This document shows, piece after piece, positions 29,801-42,200 of a DNA stretch of 64,000 nt; within the stretch, counting starts at the first letter, position 1, and every line of letters begins with the position of its first letter. The position numbers and the translations under genes were made by a program. The stretch is from a virus (taxonomy: Duplodnaviria; Caudoviricetes). A model generated the notes under the pieces. The model was given only the letters and a program-made list of their open reading frames with translations. It did no database searches and was not told the DNA's origin. The stretch lies in the IMG/VR virus record IMGVR_UViG_3300028591_000072, positions 192,001 to 256,000 of that record. One strand, written 5' to 3'.

Positions 29801-31668
29801 CCGATTCTTTGGACTTGTCAAGAATGGAGGCGATGATTAGGATACATGGAAGAATTTATGATGACATAAAAAGATATGCCGATGGTATTAAGAGTGTAAA
29901 TATCGTAACATATGACGAAAAAAACAACATGCCTGATTATTTTCTTTCTGATAATGTTGAAACTGGCGGATTTTATGTAAAAACAATCAATGAAATTGCA
30001 AAATTTGAAGAAACTGATAATGTAAAGTCTGTTATAGCGTCTGATAATGTTTTTTCCGGTGCGATGATTTCTGGAATAACGGCATTTGAAATAAATGGAG
30101 AATTTTTGAAACGATTATCAATTAGTGAAAGATATATTTTATCATCAAAAGGTACAAGAAGGGGAATTGAGTATATTCTTGGACTGTTTGGTTATTATTT
30201 ACACGATGGTAAAGGAAAGGGACGTATAGGCGATTATAGTATAACTGAATATATAAGGGTTGCAAATAATTTTCCTAATTATTATGAGGCATCTTCGTTG
30301 AGAGTTCTTGGAAATTACACACATTCTGATATTGAAGGATTTGAGAATACTTTTTATGATTATCCGGTTGCCGTTGTTAGTCCAAATGGAATGACAGATG
30401 AAGCGAGTTTTTATTTAATTCCTTGGGTTAAAAACGGAATAACATATTATAATGATATCTATTTTCAAGAAAAAGGTGGATGGGGAAAATCTTTAAAACG
30501 AGGAATTAATTTAGATATAACTACAGTTGACAGCATTGAATCTGATTATGGACTTGCATTATATGACGAAACAAATCCATATATGACGTATGTTAATGAC
30601 CTGGAAGAACTTACATCGCTATCAAATAATACAATATATGAAGGTATGATTTGTTATGTAACTGATATAAGTGGGCTTTATTCATCGTATTTGTCCGAGA
30701 GTGATTACCATTATTCTGAGCAGTCACAATCAGATAACAGATATTCAAATCCTAATAATAACTTTCCCGGTAGTCAATATTTAAATCAACGTGATTTTTC
30801 ACATTATTTTGTTCTTGAAAATACTGCATTATCAACACATATTGGATACGTTAAAAATGAATTGTATTCTTGTTATGGATGGAAAAATATATTTTTGAGC
30901 GAATTTAATGAAGGGCCAAAGACATATAACGGGCTGAAAGTTCTTTATTTGGAATCGTTGTCTTTAAATACAAATGGAAACAATCCACATTGCGGACATG
31001 GAAATTATGATGATGGACGTGGATATATTGAAAAGTTTAATAGACTTTTTGGATATGCTCTTGATTCCGGTGAGTTTGACGGTATTAAAGACAATCCAAA
31101 TTATAATGAATACCTTAGTCAAATATGTTCTATTGGGTTTGATGTTAGCGAATTGATACAAGACAATGAGAAGTGTTATTATTTTTTAAATGGAACGACA
31201 CAATTTGTTGATAGAAATACTGCTCCAAATGTAAATCATTCATCTGTAATTGATTCCAACGGAAATTCATGTGAATTAGTTCAATTTGAACTTGAAAACG
31301 GCATTGATGCTTTACAAGAAGATAGATATGATAATTTCGTGAATCCTGAAAACGGCTCTAAAATGGATGAATGTGCCTCTTTTTCAGTTGTTAATGTTAA
31401 GAATTTGAAAATAACGTTTTATACTGGCGGAAATAAGTATTTTGAAAAATATTTACAAGATGTTGTGTTTAAATATTTAAAAGAAATGATTCCGTCAACT
31501 ACAATACTTGAATTTGAATTTGATGGCGAAAGCAGTTCAAAAATCAACGATGGAGATGTCTATAATGGCAATGGACGAATTCTTGGTGAGGTTGTTGGCG
31601 ATGGCGTTAGCGTATCTAATGATACAACTAATTATTTGGTCGAAAATAATGAAGGTATAATTATTTAA
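26875..31668 (+). CDS. Large baseplate wedge protein (gp7 / tail protein I-like motif) with inserted Ig-like repeats
   Basis: SSKGTRRGIEYILGLFGY near 30150 matches the KGT..IE..L.LFG wedge motif; middle region has repeated EGA.V.F...T(D/N)..G.A beta-sandwich units. Confidence 0.65.
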   Translation: MSRKDNLIKSKSIYTLRSKHTIIPNGTIFENDHVTIVPNDGIYNDDMPLFSDSNFKFRIGVGGRGKKKHARGGFIGTDGSNENVWTLENLPETRISTDGKIKLKPNYSSMKDFAYYGSAVELLRATVNDIIMRYPGGLYYYNGEKAPKIKIGNKQYYLVSNEFNIDFWSPMGCSTDGIDNPMRVLGASYMNYVDGDGNPIALNVCITGDCLDSVIGRVSFKNLNNNKVNTRNSDDEILGKSINANSIIYYLTITAKTGNYGWKNEIGESDSADEDVRGPVSTTQASDNTHVNSSVIYVPLKQKQITFVATTSENGTLVANVFTDNDGIASVSVQAEGNGLWEGNGDASDIIRWVAYYADNTNTYYNYSGTRIISDNEFDDEIIVMKNTNQTIHYPLSVWAFFCGTKNPIEGATVNFYMASNEITGAKVKTAITDGDGFAYFRPEDFGDNIQSIFNEPPTTWYSEVIYNGEIKITNILSVTSSTYGYACFDSDEHNASFISIKVTGLLNTNGNVGAGNESCINFYDADNQKYTIRGVTDENGSFNVFEETFHSSFPTVNPIRANGEITYNDEIKESTFVFLFEYANVPQNHNVTVYFDEKPEIGTKTLMCDVLYDSSYRDPVEGANVVFTVYTDKSNYTYTATVTTNSKGLASIDIPSDDWVGNGSIDELAIDGNRWDVSCLYNSYRYYGNPRTLLIKNEQYRNTIIVEKKKNWSYITVRAKNNLSMLQGAMCTVCASTKSCGEFSYYSVGQTDSSGTLKISNNISDWNKFPRAPQANPNDFIYWKASARYHGTGPMNQMESCETFEGNGSYVFVFKNDEPNVPQVQECNGMNDSNSFLIYLNGNGEKLLLSPNKGVNFNNSVIIEPKKEIIDEFWETIDDFENVLLNRNSRPIYKAVLETPYVENGKHIYDYRSYVWPTINGYVPDITSSSFKGYLSKLMEIAEYHDTYDSDNLWRMMTHDSIKNLDRSGIVFSDTDSLDLSRMEAMIRIHGRIYDDIKRYADGIKSVNIVTYDEKNNMPDYFLSDNVETGGFYVKTINEIAKFEETDNVKSVIASDNVFSGAMISGITAFEINGEFLKRLSISERYILSSKGTRRGIEYILGLFGYYLHDGKGKGRIGDYSITEYIRVANNFPNYYEASSLRVLGNYTHSDIEGFENTFYDYPVAVVSPNGMTDEASFYLIPWVKNGITYYNDIYFQEKGGWGKSLKRGINLDITTVDSIESDYGLALYDETNPYMTYVNDLEELTSLSNNTIYEGMICYVTDISGLYSSYLSESDYHYSEQSQSDNRYSNPNNNFPGSQYLNQRDFSHYFVLENTALSTHIGYVKNELYSCYGWKNIFLSEFNEGPKTYNGLKVLYLESLSLNTNGNNPHCGHGNYDDGRGYIEKFNRLFGYALDSGEFDGIKDNPNYNEYLSQICSIGFDVSELIQDNEKCYYFLNGTTQFVDRNTAPNVNHSSVIDSNGNSCELVQFELENGIDALQEDRYDNFVNPENGSKMDECASFSVVNVKNLKITFYTGGNKYFEKYLQDVVFKYLKEMIPSTTILEFEFDGESSSKINDGDVYNGNGRILGEVVGDGVSVSNDTTNYLVENNEGIII

Positions 31669-31674
31669 TATTGT

Positions 31675-32895
31675 ATGGGAAAAACAATTGTCTTTAGTTG
31701 GAAAATAGACAACACTAAGTATGGATATTTGTGCGGGCCTGAATCCGATAACAATGAGCCGATGATTTGTGACAGAATAACAAGCCATGAATTGATGCAG
31801 GCAATTTCTGGCAAAGTTTCAAAATGGGACAAATTAACATATAATTCTAAATTAAATGCGTTAAAAGCTCTAATAGGCGACTATACACATGGATTTACAA
31901 TAACTGGAACGACAGATGACTATTGGTATGAAAATGGGGAAGATAAAAATTACATTGTGCTAACAGGAAAAGATGGGTCAAATTCGGATAAATATAGTAA
32001 GCATTTGGATAAAGATACGCTTGATGAAATAAAAAGATACATTGACCTTCAGTTTAAATCCACAAAAGATAGTTTGAAAGAAGACATAAATGTATTTACG
32101 GCAAAAACCTCAACAAAAATAGAGCGTGTAAACGAGGAATTGGGCTCTAAGATAGAATTTGCTGAAAAACAATTGGAAGCAAAGAATGAACTATTGTCAA
32201 ATAAGCTTGAGGCAGCATCAACTGCAATTACAACAGCCACAAAGATATTTGATTTGGAATCTGCAAATATAACAGTTGAGAAATTGAATAAGGCAATAGA
32301 AGATTCTGCTGAGACTAAATTGTGGAAGGATTCTGCTGAAGAAAAAATAAATAACCATGATGAAATTGTTGAATTTTGTAAGAATAGCGTTGAGGATACA
32401 AGTGTCATGGTTGGAAACCTTGGGGATAGACTTGAAGATTATAAGTCAAATACTTATAATAAAATTTCTGAAGTTGAGAATCAAGTTGAGTTTGTAAATG
32501 CACGTGTTAGTAACATAATCAATGCATCAATTGCAATTCAAACAGCAAGTGATGTACAGTCAGAAACAGAACATATATTTGACCGTGGAATTGACAATGG
32601 ATATGTTAGTGAAACAGAAACAATTGACAACGGTGATGGTACATTTGATGTTAACACAACAATTGGCGATGAAACATTTAATATAAAGGTTTTTGGGTAT
32701 GGCAAAAAATTAAGGCCCAATGGCAATGAGGGCGTTAATGGGTTAATATTGGCTAATAATGGTATTAAATACTCAGATAAAAGTGGCTCGTTCATTTCAA
32801 TTATAAACGGAAACATAAAGTTATCAAATTCAAATGGGAGTGGAAGAATTGAAATAAAAGATGACGGGGTTTATATAAATGGAGTAAAACAATAA
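31675..32895 (+). CDS. Virion protein with central coiled coil and C-terminal beta-strand repeats
   Basis: Heptad-rich middle; C-terminal GSFISIINGNIKLSNSNGSGRIEIKDDGVYING resembles trimeric beta-helix/spike ends. Confidence 0.55.
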   Translation: MGKTIVFSWKIDNTKYGYLCGPESDNNEPMICDRITSHELMQAISGKVSKWDKLTYNSKLNALKALIGDYTHGFTITGTTDDYWYENGEDKNYIVLTGKDGSNSDKYSKHLDKDTLDEIKRYIDLQFKSTKDSLKEDINVFTAKTSTKIERVNEELGSKIEFAEKQLEAKNELLSNKLEAASTAITTATKIFDLESANITVEKLNKAIEDSAETKLWKDSAEEKINNHDEIVEFCKNSVEDTSVMVGNLGDRLEDYKSNTYNKISEVENQVEFVNARVSNIINASIAIQTASDVQSETEHIFDRGIDNGYVSETETIDNGDGTFDVNTTIGDETFNIKVFGYGKKLRPNGNEGVNGLILANNGIKYSDKSGSFISIINGNIKLSNSNGSGRIEIKDDGVYINGVKQ

Positions 32896-32918
32896 AAATA
32901 TTTTTACTTAAAATAATT

Positions 32919-32946
32919 AAAAGGGTGCTTTTCGGCATCCTTTTTT
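32919..32946 (+). terminator. Rho-independent terminator
   Basis: AAGGGTGC-TTTTCG-GCATCCTT stem-loop followed by a T run, ending the 11-33 kb operon. Confidence 0.8.
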
Positions 32947-32957
32947 GTTTTTCTTTA

Positions 32958-32966
32958 ACTATTTAT
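32958..32966 (+). promoter_or_regulatory. Putative late-promoter motif ACTATTTAT
   Basis: Exact motif just after the terminator, about 23 nt before the ATG at 32989. Confidence 0.65.
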
Positions 32967-32988
32967 ATGAAAATATATTTGTATTTAA

Positions 32989-33909
32989 ATGGGTAGGATT
33001 GTAACAAATAAGCATATAAATGGTGTCATTGTTCCTTACGAATATTTTTTTGATGGAATAAGTTCTGCATTAACTGAAAATGAGAGGCTAACTGTTGCAA
33101 AGGGTAGGATAATTATTTCAACATATCCGGAACAAGAGGGTATTTTTATCCTGAGTGAAGATGGTACAAGGTCAATTAAAGTTGCACAAAATGCAGCTTC
33201 TGAAATACCGGCTGGAATTTATGATTGGATAAACAATGAAATTGTGCCACAGATAAAAAGTTATGCGGATGATTCTGTAGAACGGGCGTTTGAAGAGTTT
33301 TCTTTGCTTGTTATTTCATCTGCTGACACAATGTACAACGACTTAAAGGGGTATGTTGATGAATTGTCGGCCAAAACTGAAACAAATGACAATAGGCTTA
33401 GCGATAGGATTGATGAGCTGTCTGCATACACAATGAACATGAAAATTTCAGACCATTTCATGCTTACTGAAGATGAATATAGGATGCTGTCTGCTCTTGG
33501 GGAACTTACCGTTGATGCTGAGGAATTTTTTGTTTCTAGAGAAACAAGAATTTTAAACGATTTAAATGTTGGTGATGTGATATATTACAGCGATGAAATA
33601 TATTATTGCCTTTATGAAGAAAACGGCTCAGGGGATGACGAAAGCGGATTGACACCGACAATAACAGGAACAACAATGGAAATATTTTACGATATTTCCG
33701 GACACACGATAATACTTGATAGTTCTGCAACTGTCAATTCTCATACGTTGGAATTTTCCGATGGCGGTGAGCATGGCGGAGATACTGAGATAGATGGTAC
33801 AACAATAGAAGATAATTCAATTTATATTGATACTGAAGACGAGCATACTCTTGTGCTTGGAAACAATTATGTATATGATGAAGAAAATAATGCATTTATA
33901 ATAAACTAA
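32989..33909 (+). CDS. Hypothetical acidic fibre-associated protein
   Basis: 306 aa; short coiled coil, LTEDEYRML...DEIYYCLYE fibre-type motif, acidic beta-rich C-terminus. Confidence 0.55.
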   Translation: MGRIVTNKHINGVIVPYEYFFDGISSALTENERLTVAKGRIIISTYPEQEGIFILSEDGTRSIKVAQNAASEIPAGIYDWINNEIVPQIKSYADDSVERAFEEFSLLVISSADTMYNDLKGYVDELSAKTETNDNRLSDRIDELSAYTMNMKISDHFMLTEDEYRMLSALGELTVDAEEFFVSRETRILNDLNVGDVIYYSDEIYYCLYEENGSGDDESGLTPTITGTTMEIFYDISGHTIILDSSATVNSHTLEFSDGGEHGGDTEIDGTTIEDNSIYIDTEDEHTLVLGNNYVYDEENNAFIIN

Positions 33910-33914
33910 AAATT

Positions 33915-36020
33915 ATGGCAAACGATAAGTACATAGACAAATTTAAAAAAGGTAACGATGAATATCAAATTCATGCTGAATATGCAGAAAGCGCAAGAAC
34001 TGCTCAAACAGCTGAAAGTGTTGATAAAATTGGTAATGTTAGAAAATATAGCGGATTTTATGATGGCAAGCAAAGAGAAGGCTTGCAAATCATAAATACA
34101 GTGGGTGAAGGTTCTGAGGCTTTGGTTGAACTTAATGAAAAGGGCAATTTTGCATTGGAGTCAAAGACAAAACATTTGAATTTGGAGTCTGCAAAAGGTG
34201 TCCAAATAAAACCAACGACAACAATAACGTTAGATTCAACTAGAAGAATAATTGGTGGAAAGGGAAACGAAATTCAAGTTGAAGCTAGATTTGATGATTT
34301 CGGAGATGTAACAGGATATAATGGCGCTGATGAAGAATGGGCTGAATTGAAAATAAACAGTAGGAATCTTGATTTAAGGTGCCGTGAACATGGAGGTATT
34401 GCATTACAAATTGCAGGAAAAGATAAAGATGGGAATGAAAATAAAATAAAATTTGAAAGTGATAGAACAAATTCAATTTCTGAAAATGGAACATATAATG
34501 GCGAAGGCGGAAAGGGACTTGAATTTGGTACTTTCAATAACTTACACAGTTCATTATATACAGGTGATTATCGCTTTAGGGGAAATGGAAAAGTGTTTGG
34601 TGTTTTAAGAGAAGTACCTGTACAAACAGAAACAGGAAAAATAGATTATCAAACCCAAAATGATGATTTCAAAGACCCAATAAATGAAGCAACTCCAAAT
34701 GCAACTTGGAACCAAATTATTGCTGCTGCAAATAAATGTAATGGAAAAGAAGAAATTGCATCAATTCAAGATGTTGCTGGAATGATAGCTGAAGCAAGCA
34801 TTCCTGATTATACCGGAACTACCGAGCATTTGGCAACACAAGAATATGTTCAAAATTATGTTAATGAACATGGAGGAGGCTCGTCATATGAAGCAGGAAA
34901 CGGAATACATATTGAAGATAATATCATAAGTGTTAATGGCTATGCAAATCTTGAGCCATTAACGGCGTTAACAAATAATGTTTCGGCTCTTAATGACATT
35001 AAATTTGGAAAAAGCAAGGGTAATTTTGCAATTGATGTTAAAGGAAAGTATACATATGAATTAACTGGTCCTAAATCGGCAACTACTGTTGATGAATATG
35101 AAATAGAACATGAAAAAGGTGATAGGGTTATAAATTATTCAGATGAATCGTTCTATTTGGATGCTGACAAGGTTTATTATAAAGCAGGTATGGAAACTAC
35201 ACTTGCCGATGGAGAAACGGTTGTTCCTGCTGATACTATAGTTTATAATACCAAATGTGAACTAAACTTTGATGAAAATTGCGGATATCAGCATTTTGAA
35301 CTTGGCGATGGTGAAAAATCGTATTATGAAGACCCGTCTAAGTTTGCATATAAGGCAAAAGTTAAAAATGCTGAAAAGTATGATGGCACAAAGGTTGCAA
35401 AAAACACAATGGTTCCTGGTGCTGGATTAACTCAAGAAGAAATTGATTATTATGAAAGTATGGGTGGCCAATATGATGAAGATGAGGGCAAAATGATTAA
35501 TGTTGTTTGGGAAAGAGTTGATATTTGGAAAAAGAGCACTCTTTGGACAAAGAACGAAATAAACATTAACCTTGAAACAGATAGTAAGATTAAGTTTGAT
35601 GGTAAAAAAATTGAAACCGTATGGTCATATCCTGAAGTTGAAGGCGGAGATGACGTTGACCATAAAATGGCTGAAATCCTTCTTTCAACAAATAGTTTAG
35701 TTGCTGATGCTAATGAGATTGTGTTTGAACAAAAAATATCAAAGAATGGTGATAGAAGTGGCCAAGATACCGAAATAGCGTATATATTTGGTAACAATGT
35801 CGCTGATACTGAAAAAGTTCCTGATTTGGCTACATTTATGGCTAATTACAGAAAGAAACATAGTGGAACATACACAGATGAGGAACTTACTGAAAAATAT
35901 AATGCATTTTTGGCTGAGGGTGAATCATATGAAGTTAGGGCTAAGGTAAGTGATTTACTCAAACTCGTTTCAAAGGTTGCTGAATTGGAAACAAGAATTG
36001 CTGCTTTGGAAAATCAATAA
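33915..36020 (+). CDS. Putative tail fibre/appendage protein
   Basis: AEYAESARTAQTAES repeat, LATQEYVQNYV, YEAGNGIHIEDNIISV fibre motifs, terminal coiled coil VAELETRIAALENQ. Confidence 0.6.
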   Translation: MANDKYIDKFKKGNDEYQIHAEYAESARTAQTAESVDKIGNVRKYSGFYDGKQREGLQIINTVGEGSEALVELNEKGNFALESKTKHLNLESAKGVQIKPTTTITLDSTRRIIGGKGNEIQVEARFDDFGDVTGYNGADEEWAELKINSRNLDLRCREHGGIALQIAGKDKDGNENKIKFESDRTNSISENGTYNGEGGKGLEFGTFNNLHSSLYTGDYRFRGNGKVFGVLREVPVQTETGKIDYQTQNDDFKDPINEATPNATWNQIIAAANKCNGKEEIASIQDVAGMIAEASIPDYTGTTEHLATQEYVQNYVNEHGGGSSYEAGNGIHIEDNIISVNGYANLEPLTALTNNVSALNDIKFGKSKGNFAIDVKGKYTYELTGPKSATTVDEYEIEHEKGDRVINYSDESFYLDADKVYYKAGMETTLADGETVVPADTIVYNTKCELNFDENCGYQHFELGDGEKSYYEDPSKFAYKAKVKNAEKYDGTKVAKNTMVPGAGLTQEEIDYYESMGGQYDEDEGKMINVVWERVDIWKKSTLWTKNEININLETDSKIKFDGKKIETVWSYPEVEGGDDVDHKMAEILLSTNSLVADANEIVFEQKISKNGDRSGQDTEIAYIFGNNVADTEKVPDLATFMANYRKKHSGTYTDEELTEKYNAFLAEGESYEVRAKVSDLLKLVSKVAELETRIAALENQ

Positions 36021-36040
36021 AAACAACAATAAAGTAAACC

Positions 36041-36241
36041 ATGCCTACAATTAAAAGATACGGTTATGAACTAAAAGATATTGTACGTAAAAGGTATCCC
36101 TTAGCAAAAGTCTATCGCAAGGGATACCTTGTATGGCAAAAAGGTGGTGGTGGCGGAGATGTCATTGCTTCTTGCTTTGGCAATGGTTATTGGATAGACG
36201 AACTTCCATGGATTGATACTGATGCGTGGAGAGATAATTAA
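36041..36241 (+). CDS. Small phage protein (VYRKGYLVW...SCFGNGYW.DELPW...DAW type)
   Basis: 66 aa with ATG start and good spacing; Trp-rich C-terminus of a type I recall preceding giant tail proteins in Bacteroidales phages. Confidence 0.65.
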   Translation: MPTIKRYGYELKDIVRKRYPLAKVYRKGYLVWQKGGGGGDVIASCFGNGYWIDELPWIDTDAWRDN

Positions 36242-36260
36242 AATCAAAAAAAATTATATA

Positions 36261-39200
36261 ATGGCAAAAACATATAATCAGAAAATTAATAGAAATACTG
36301 CTTGGGGCGGTGATATGTCAACAAGTGGATTACCTGTTGCTGGTGGTAGGGTTCAAGAATTTATAAAAGAAGAACTAAATGGGAAGGCTGGTGCGTTCTA
36401 TAGGCCATCTGGCGGAAATTTTGTATATTGCTTTGCTACAAAAGAAGATAGGGATACATATGCTGATGCATCAAATAAAGATGAGTATGAACATCTTATA
36501 ATTGACAGATTTGAGACTGAATCGAATTATAGTGTTTATATCAATCAAGACACACTTGTACTTTCAAAAAGTGTTATTGAGGGTTCAACTGGAAATACGG
36601 TTGAATTTCAATTTAAAATCACTGATAAGAATGGGATGGTTTCTGACTCAAAAGCGAGTATTGTTTTTACGTTCTTGGCTTCTGGAATTTTAAAAAAATA
36701 TACAACTGAGGTTCAGGTTAAGTCTGAAGGGTGGACAACTGTTGTTAGCGATGTTATTGATGAGTATTTAAGGAATGGTGAAAATAACATTTCTGTAACA
36801 ATAACAGGACTTTCCACTAAGACATCTACTCAATTTGTGATGACCTATAATGTGTTTGATTTGGAATTTAAGACAATGTTTCAATATAACGTTCCGAAAT
36901 ATGGGAGCGTTTTACAAGTTCCATATTATATAAAGTGTACTGAAACAAAATATTTGGAGTTTTATATTGATGGATATGAAGTTGAAAGCGTTGAAAGCCA
37001 AACAATAAGTGATGCTGTCAAGGATGGTACTGCAAATATAAGCATTGGAAACTTGGAAATTGGCCAACACAGTTTGCAGGTTAGGGCGTATGTAAGGGCT
37101 AAAGACGGAACAAAATTCTATTCTCAAATACATTATTACACATTTGCAAAAGAAGGAAACACGACTCCATCATTTTTGATGTCAATTAAGTTGGATAACA
37201 CCCAAGATATTGCAGTTGATGGAAACTTGCTGACGATAAATTCAGGACAGTTTGAACAGATTTCTTTTGATTGGTCAATGTATGATTATTTGTCAAGAAA
37301 ACTGGTTGTTAATTTTGAATATGATGGAAATATAATTTCAAAAAATGTTTTTACATTAAATGGAACTATAAGCGAATTTAGTTTCAGGCCATTTAATTAT
37401 GGCGATGATAAATATCTTAGGATTTTTTCTGTTGATGAAGATAACAATATTGTGTTTGAACATAATATAGTCTTCAATGTTGCTGGGAATGATAGTGGAC
37501 TTAAAGAAACTGTTGATGGGCTGTTGCTAAAATTAACTTCAAATGGTAGAAGAAATACGGATGAAGATAAAGATGTGTGGTCTTGCGTTGGAAATGACCA
37601 AAATGTCTATAGTGCAAATTTCCACAATTTTGCATGGAATGCACAACAAGGATGGAATCCTGAATATGAGGCACTTGTTGTATCTGACCAAGCATATGTT
37701 GATTTTAACATTAGACCAATGATGACTAATAATGGAATTAATAATGCTGGATGGGAAGAAAATGGTGGAACATTTGAAATTGACCTTGAAACTTTTGATA
37801 TTGAGGATGAAAATGCTGTTATATGCGAGTGCAAAAGCAATATAGAAGGAAAATCAACAGCATATTTTAGAATTACAGCAACAAATGCTGAATTTTCAAC
37901 TGCTGACGGTAAGAAAATAAATACGAGATATAAGGATAATGAAAGGCTGAAAATTGCATTTATTGGAAATAAGAAGGGAACGCATGAAGACGGTAATATG
38001 ATTTATATTATGGTTAATGGCGTTCTTGAGCGTGCTGCAATGTATTCAAATACAGATAGAATTTGGTCTGATGAAATATTGAGGATTGGTTCTGGCAATG
38101 GTGGGTGCAAAATACGTGTTCGCTCAATTCGTGTTTATGACCGTGCAATAAGTGTTGATGAAGAATTTAACAATTATGTCGTTGATTCTGAAAATTCTCA
38201 AATAATTTATGAGAAAAACAATATTTTTAAAAAAGGGACAAATGAAGTTGGGTTTGATGAAGTCGCCAATAAACTTCCTGTTATGATTTTTACGGGCAAT
38301 ATGAATGACCTGGTTAAAAATGGGCAAGATAAACAATGGAGATATTTTGATGTTGAATATATAAACAGACAAGAACCTGAAAGGAATTTTGTTTCGTTTA
38401 ATTGTCAGATGAAATTGCAAGGAACCTCTTCGTTAGGATACCCAAGAAAAAATTTCAAATTGAAGACAAAGGATAAGTTGGCAACTAAAGAATATTACGA
38501 ATCAAGTAATTATGTTCTTGATACTGAAGAAACTGAAGTTGGAAATAGAAGGCTTAGGAGTAAAGTTACTGGAAATTTAATTGATTTTGGGGATTTTACC
38601 GGAAATTGTTTTACTTTTGGTAATTTTTCAAGCGACAATCCGTTAAAGGGAGAATTATTAAAGAAAGGAAAATATAGATTTAGGGCTAATAGCCATAAAG
38701 CGGACAAATGGACATTGAAAGCCGATTATATGGAGTCATCTTGCTCACATAATGTTGGTGCAGGAAGAAGCTGGAATGATATTTTCGAAAATACTGAACT
38801 TAAGATTAGTAATTATGCTGGATATGTTAATAACACATATAAAGATACAGCACTTGTTAATAGAAACGATTATAGCGAATACACAAAGAATGGTATTTCA
38901 TATAAAATCAATATGAATACAGATTCTTTTAGGTCTCAAAAAAATTATGTTTGTAGGACTGACGCACAGAAAATATGCTGGTCTGAAGGTGCTGATGATG
39001 TTAGGACTGCAATAGATGGATTTCCAATGGTTTGTTTCTATAGAACATCTCATGCTGAAAATAATCTTGTGTTCATGGGGCAATATAACTTCGTAAATGA
39101 TAAAGGTTCTTATGAGGTGTTTGGGTTTGAAGATATTGAGGACCCTAATAATGAAGATGTTATGATTTATGATGCTTCTCAAGTTGAATGTTGGGAGGGC

Positions 39201-42200
39201 CTTAAAAATTCAAATCCAATATCATTGTTTAAAACAATTGAAGGTTGGAATGACCCTGACGGATGGAAATCAACATTCGAATCAAGATATCCCGACCCTG
39301 ATGATGAGGGCGTTGCTGGTAAAAGACAAGTTGATGGGTCGGTTGGGTCACCATTATATGAACTTTGCAAATGGCTTGTTTCTACAAGGCATGAAAGCGA
39401 TACTGTATATGGCGATACATTAGATATTGATTCAAGTTTTGCAACAAGGATTAATGGATATCAATATGCATATGTTACAGGACAAGAGCAAAATTATGAA
39501 TATGCAAGTGGCGTAAATTTGCCTGATAATGCTGAAAACAGGCAAAAGAAATTTGAAACGGAAAAGTGGGAACACTTTGATGTGTGGAAACTCGCCGGAT
39601 ATTACATTTATCTTATGAGATATGGAGCTGTTGACCAATTTGTAAAAAACACGATGTTATTTACTGACGGAAACGGAAGATACGACAATAGGACTGATAA
39701 AAAATATAGAAAATGGTTCTACATAAATTATGATAACGACTGTTTGTTTGGACTTCGTAACAACGGAGAACTTGCATTTCATTGGAAACTTGATAGGCAG
39801 ACGATTGACAATGCAAATGATATTATTGTTGATGAAAATGATGAATACAATGAAGGCAATGTTAATACATATGCAATGATGGGTCATGATTCAACATTAT
39901 GGAATAATCTTGAACGTGACGATGAATTTATGCGCATGGTAAGGGACCTTGATGATTCAATGAACAAATCTGGCCTTAATTATGAAAATATGGTAACTGA
40001 ATTTGATACCAAACAGACTGAGATGTGGTGCGAGCGTATTTATAATGCAAATGAAAGATATAAATATATTCAAGCAGCAAAGGGTGTTGGAGATATGGCT
40101 GGAAATCCTGTTGATAACTTGTGGATGCTTCAAGGAACAAGACGTTCTCACAGACATTGGTGGATTGCAAACCATTTTAACATGCTTGATGCAAGGTGGC
40201 TTTCTGGTGACTATAAAAACACGTATGTCCAAATTAAAACAGACTCTCCTGCGGGCTCAATAATAAGGGCAGTTGCCGGTGATGACTATTATTTTGCATG
40301 GGGACAACAAAAGAGAATTTACGAGAGTAATATTCAAAAGGAAAAAGGTGAAGAAATTGAATTTGTGTTTCCGACAGACCAAGTTCAAGGAGACCCTGTT
40401 TACATTTATGCGTATAATAAGATGTCAGAACTTGATTTTTCAGCAATAGCAAACAAAATTGCCGCTGGTTCATTTGAATTCAATGAAGGTGGCCTTGAGG
40501 TGGTTAATACGTTGAAAAAACTTGTTATTGGAAATCAAAATGTAATAAATAGAATTGAACTTCCAACAACAACATGGGGAAAACTAAAGAACCTTGAATA
40601 TCTTGATATAACAAATTATGCGGGTATAAAAGAAATTCCGTTTGATACGACAATTGAGACTGAAAACGGAGAAATCACTCACTTAAGCCTTCCTAATTTG
40701 CATACGTTGAAGGCTTTTGGAAGTGGATTGTCAAGTTTTGTTCCTGTTGAGGGTAGCAATTTTAATTTGGCCGAATTACCGGCTTCTGTTTCAACTATAA
40801 AATTAAATAATGTTAATTTCAATAATATAACTGAAGATTTTAAATACGTACCAACAACAAATTTGACAACTCTTGAGATTTCAAATACAAATGGTATAAA
40901 AATGGCTTATTTTAGAAAGATTGTTGAACCTTGGCTTAATGCAATGAACTCTTCTATAAGTTCAGATGCCTTATATGCATCTGCAAAGTTGGTGTTGAAT
41001 AATGTTGACTGGTCGTTTGATAAATTTAGTGACATTGAATTATTTGAAAATATAAGTAAAGTAAATGGTGCATTTGTTATTAGTGGTGTAATTGATTTGT
41101 CAACACTTAAATCAATATCCATGGAAAATATTGAGAAAATAAAGCAGATATTTGGTGAAAATTGCTTTAATAAGGTAATGTCTGCAATTTATATAAAAGT
41201 TCCGGAAACTGTATTTATACATACTGATAGTGATTCAATGGTTGCAGGTAAAACAAATGTTTTTTATAGGGAAATATATCCTGCCGAAAATGCAATAACA
41301 ATGGACCACTCAATAGTATACAATATTGTTGAAGAGTGTTCTGAAACAACGCCAGGCGCAATACATGATACAATAACCAACAAATATTATATTATTGTTT
41401 CAGATATATCAAGCATAAGACAAGGTACAATTACGTTTGAAAATCTTCGTGACGAAAATAACAAAGAAATTGCAGTTCTGACTTCTGAAGAGAATGAAAT
41501 TTCTGATACTGATTTAAAGATAATGTGTACACTTTCTATGGGAGGTGTATCGAAAGTTTCTGTGTGTGATTTTAAAATCAAAAAGCCAACATATGCATCT
41601 TCCGTTGTGATTACAGGAAATAAGTCAATTTATAAGAATGGGGAATATGTTTATGAGGCTGTACTTAAGGATAATTTGGGTAATGCTCCAATTGGAACTG
41701 AAAATGTGACTTGGACGCTTTCAATGAATAATGCAGAAAGGTATCTTGTTTCATATGAAAATGTTGATGAAAACGGAATTAGGTATAAAATAGTTACTTC
41801 AGAAAATGAGCCAAATGAAGAAGAGGTTTCTGAAACAATAAATTTAAGTATCATTGTGGAACATGGTAATGGAAGAAATCCATTAATTGCATCATATGTT
41901 TGCATGCTTTTAAATGAAAATGTTATTATGACAAGCGTTTCTAATCCAATTATGATGGAAAGATGCTATAATGCATTTGATTCCGTAATTAATAGGAATG
42001 CAATGACAAAAGCGCAAGCAGAGTCTGTTACTGATGATGACATAGACGGAGTGTTTTCCGGTATTGCTTCTGAATTCACATTTAATGAATTTAAATATTT
42101 TACTGGAATAACAAGACTTCCTTCTGGCGCATTTGGTGATTGTAGGAGAATGACTGAAATTACGTTACCAAGTACAATTGTTGAAATTGGTCCTTCTGCA

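Noticed and set aside
36213-36260. Upstream TTG start for the giant CotH/LRR gene
   Set aside because: Overlaps the preceding small gene; the ATG at 36261 has a typical A-rich leader.
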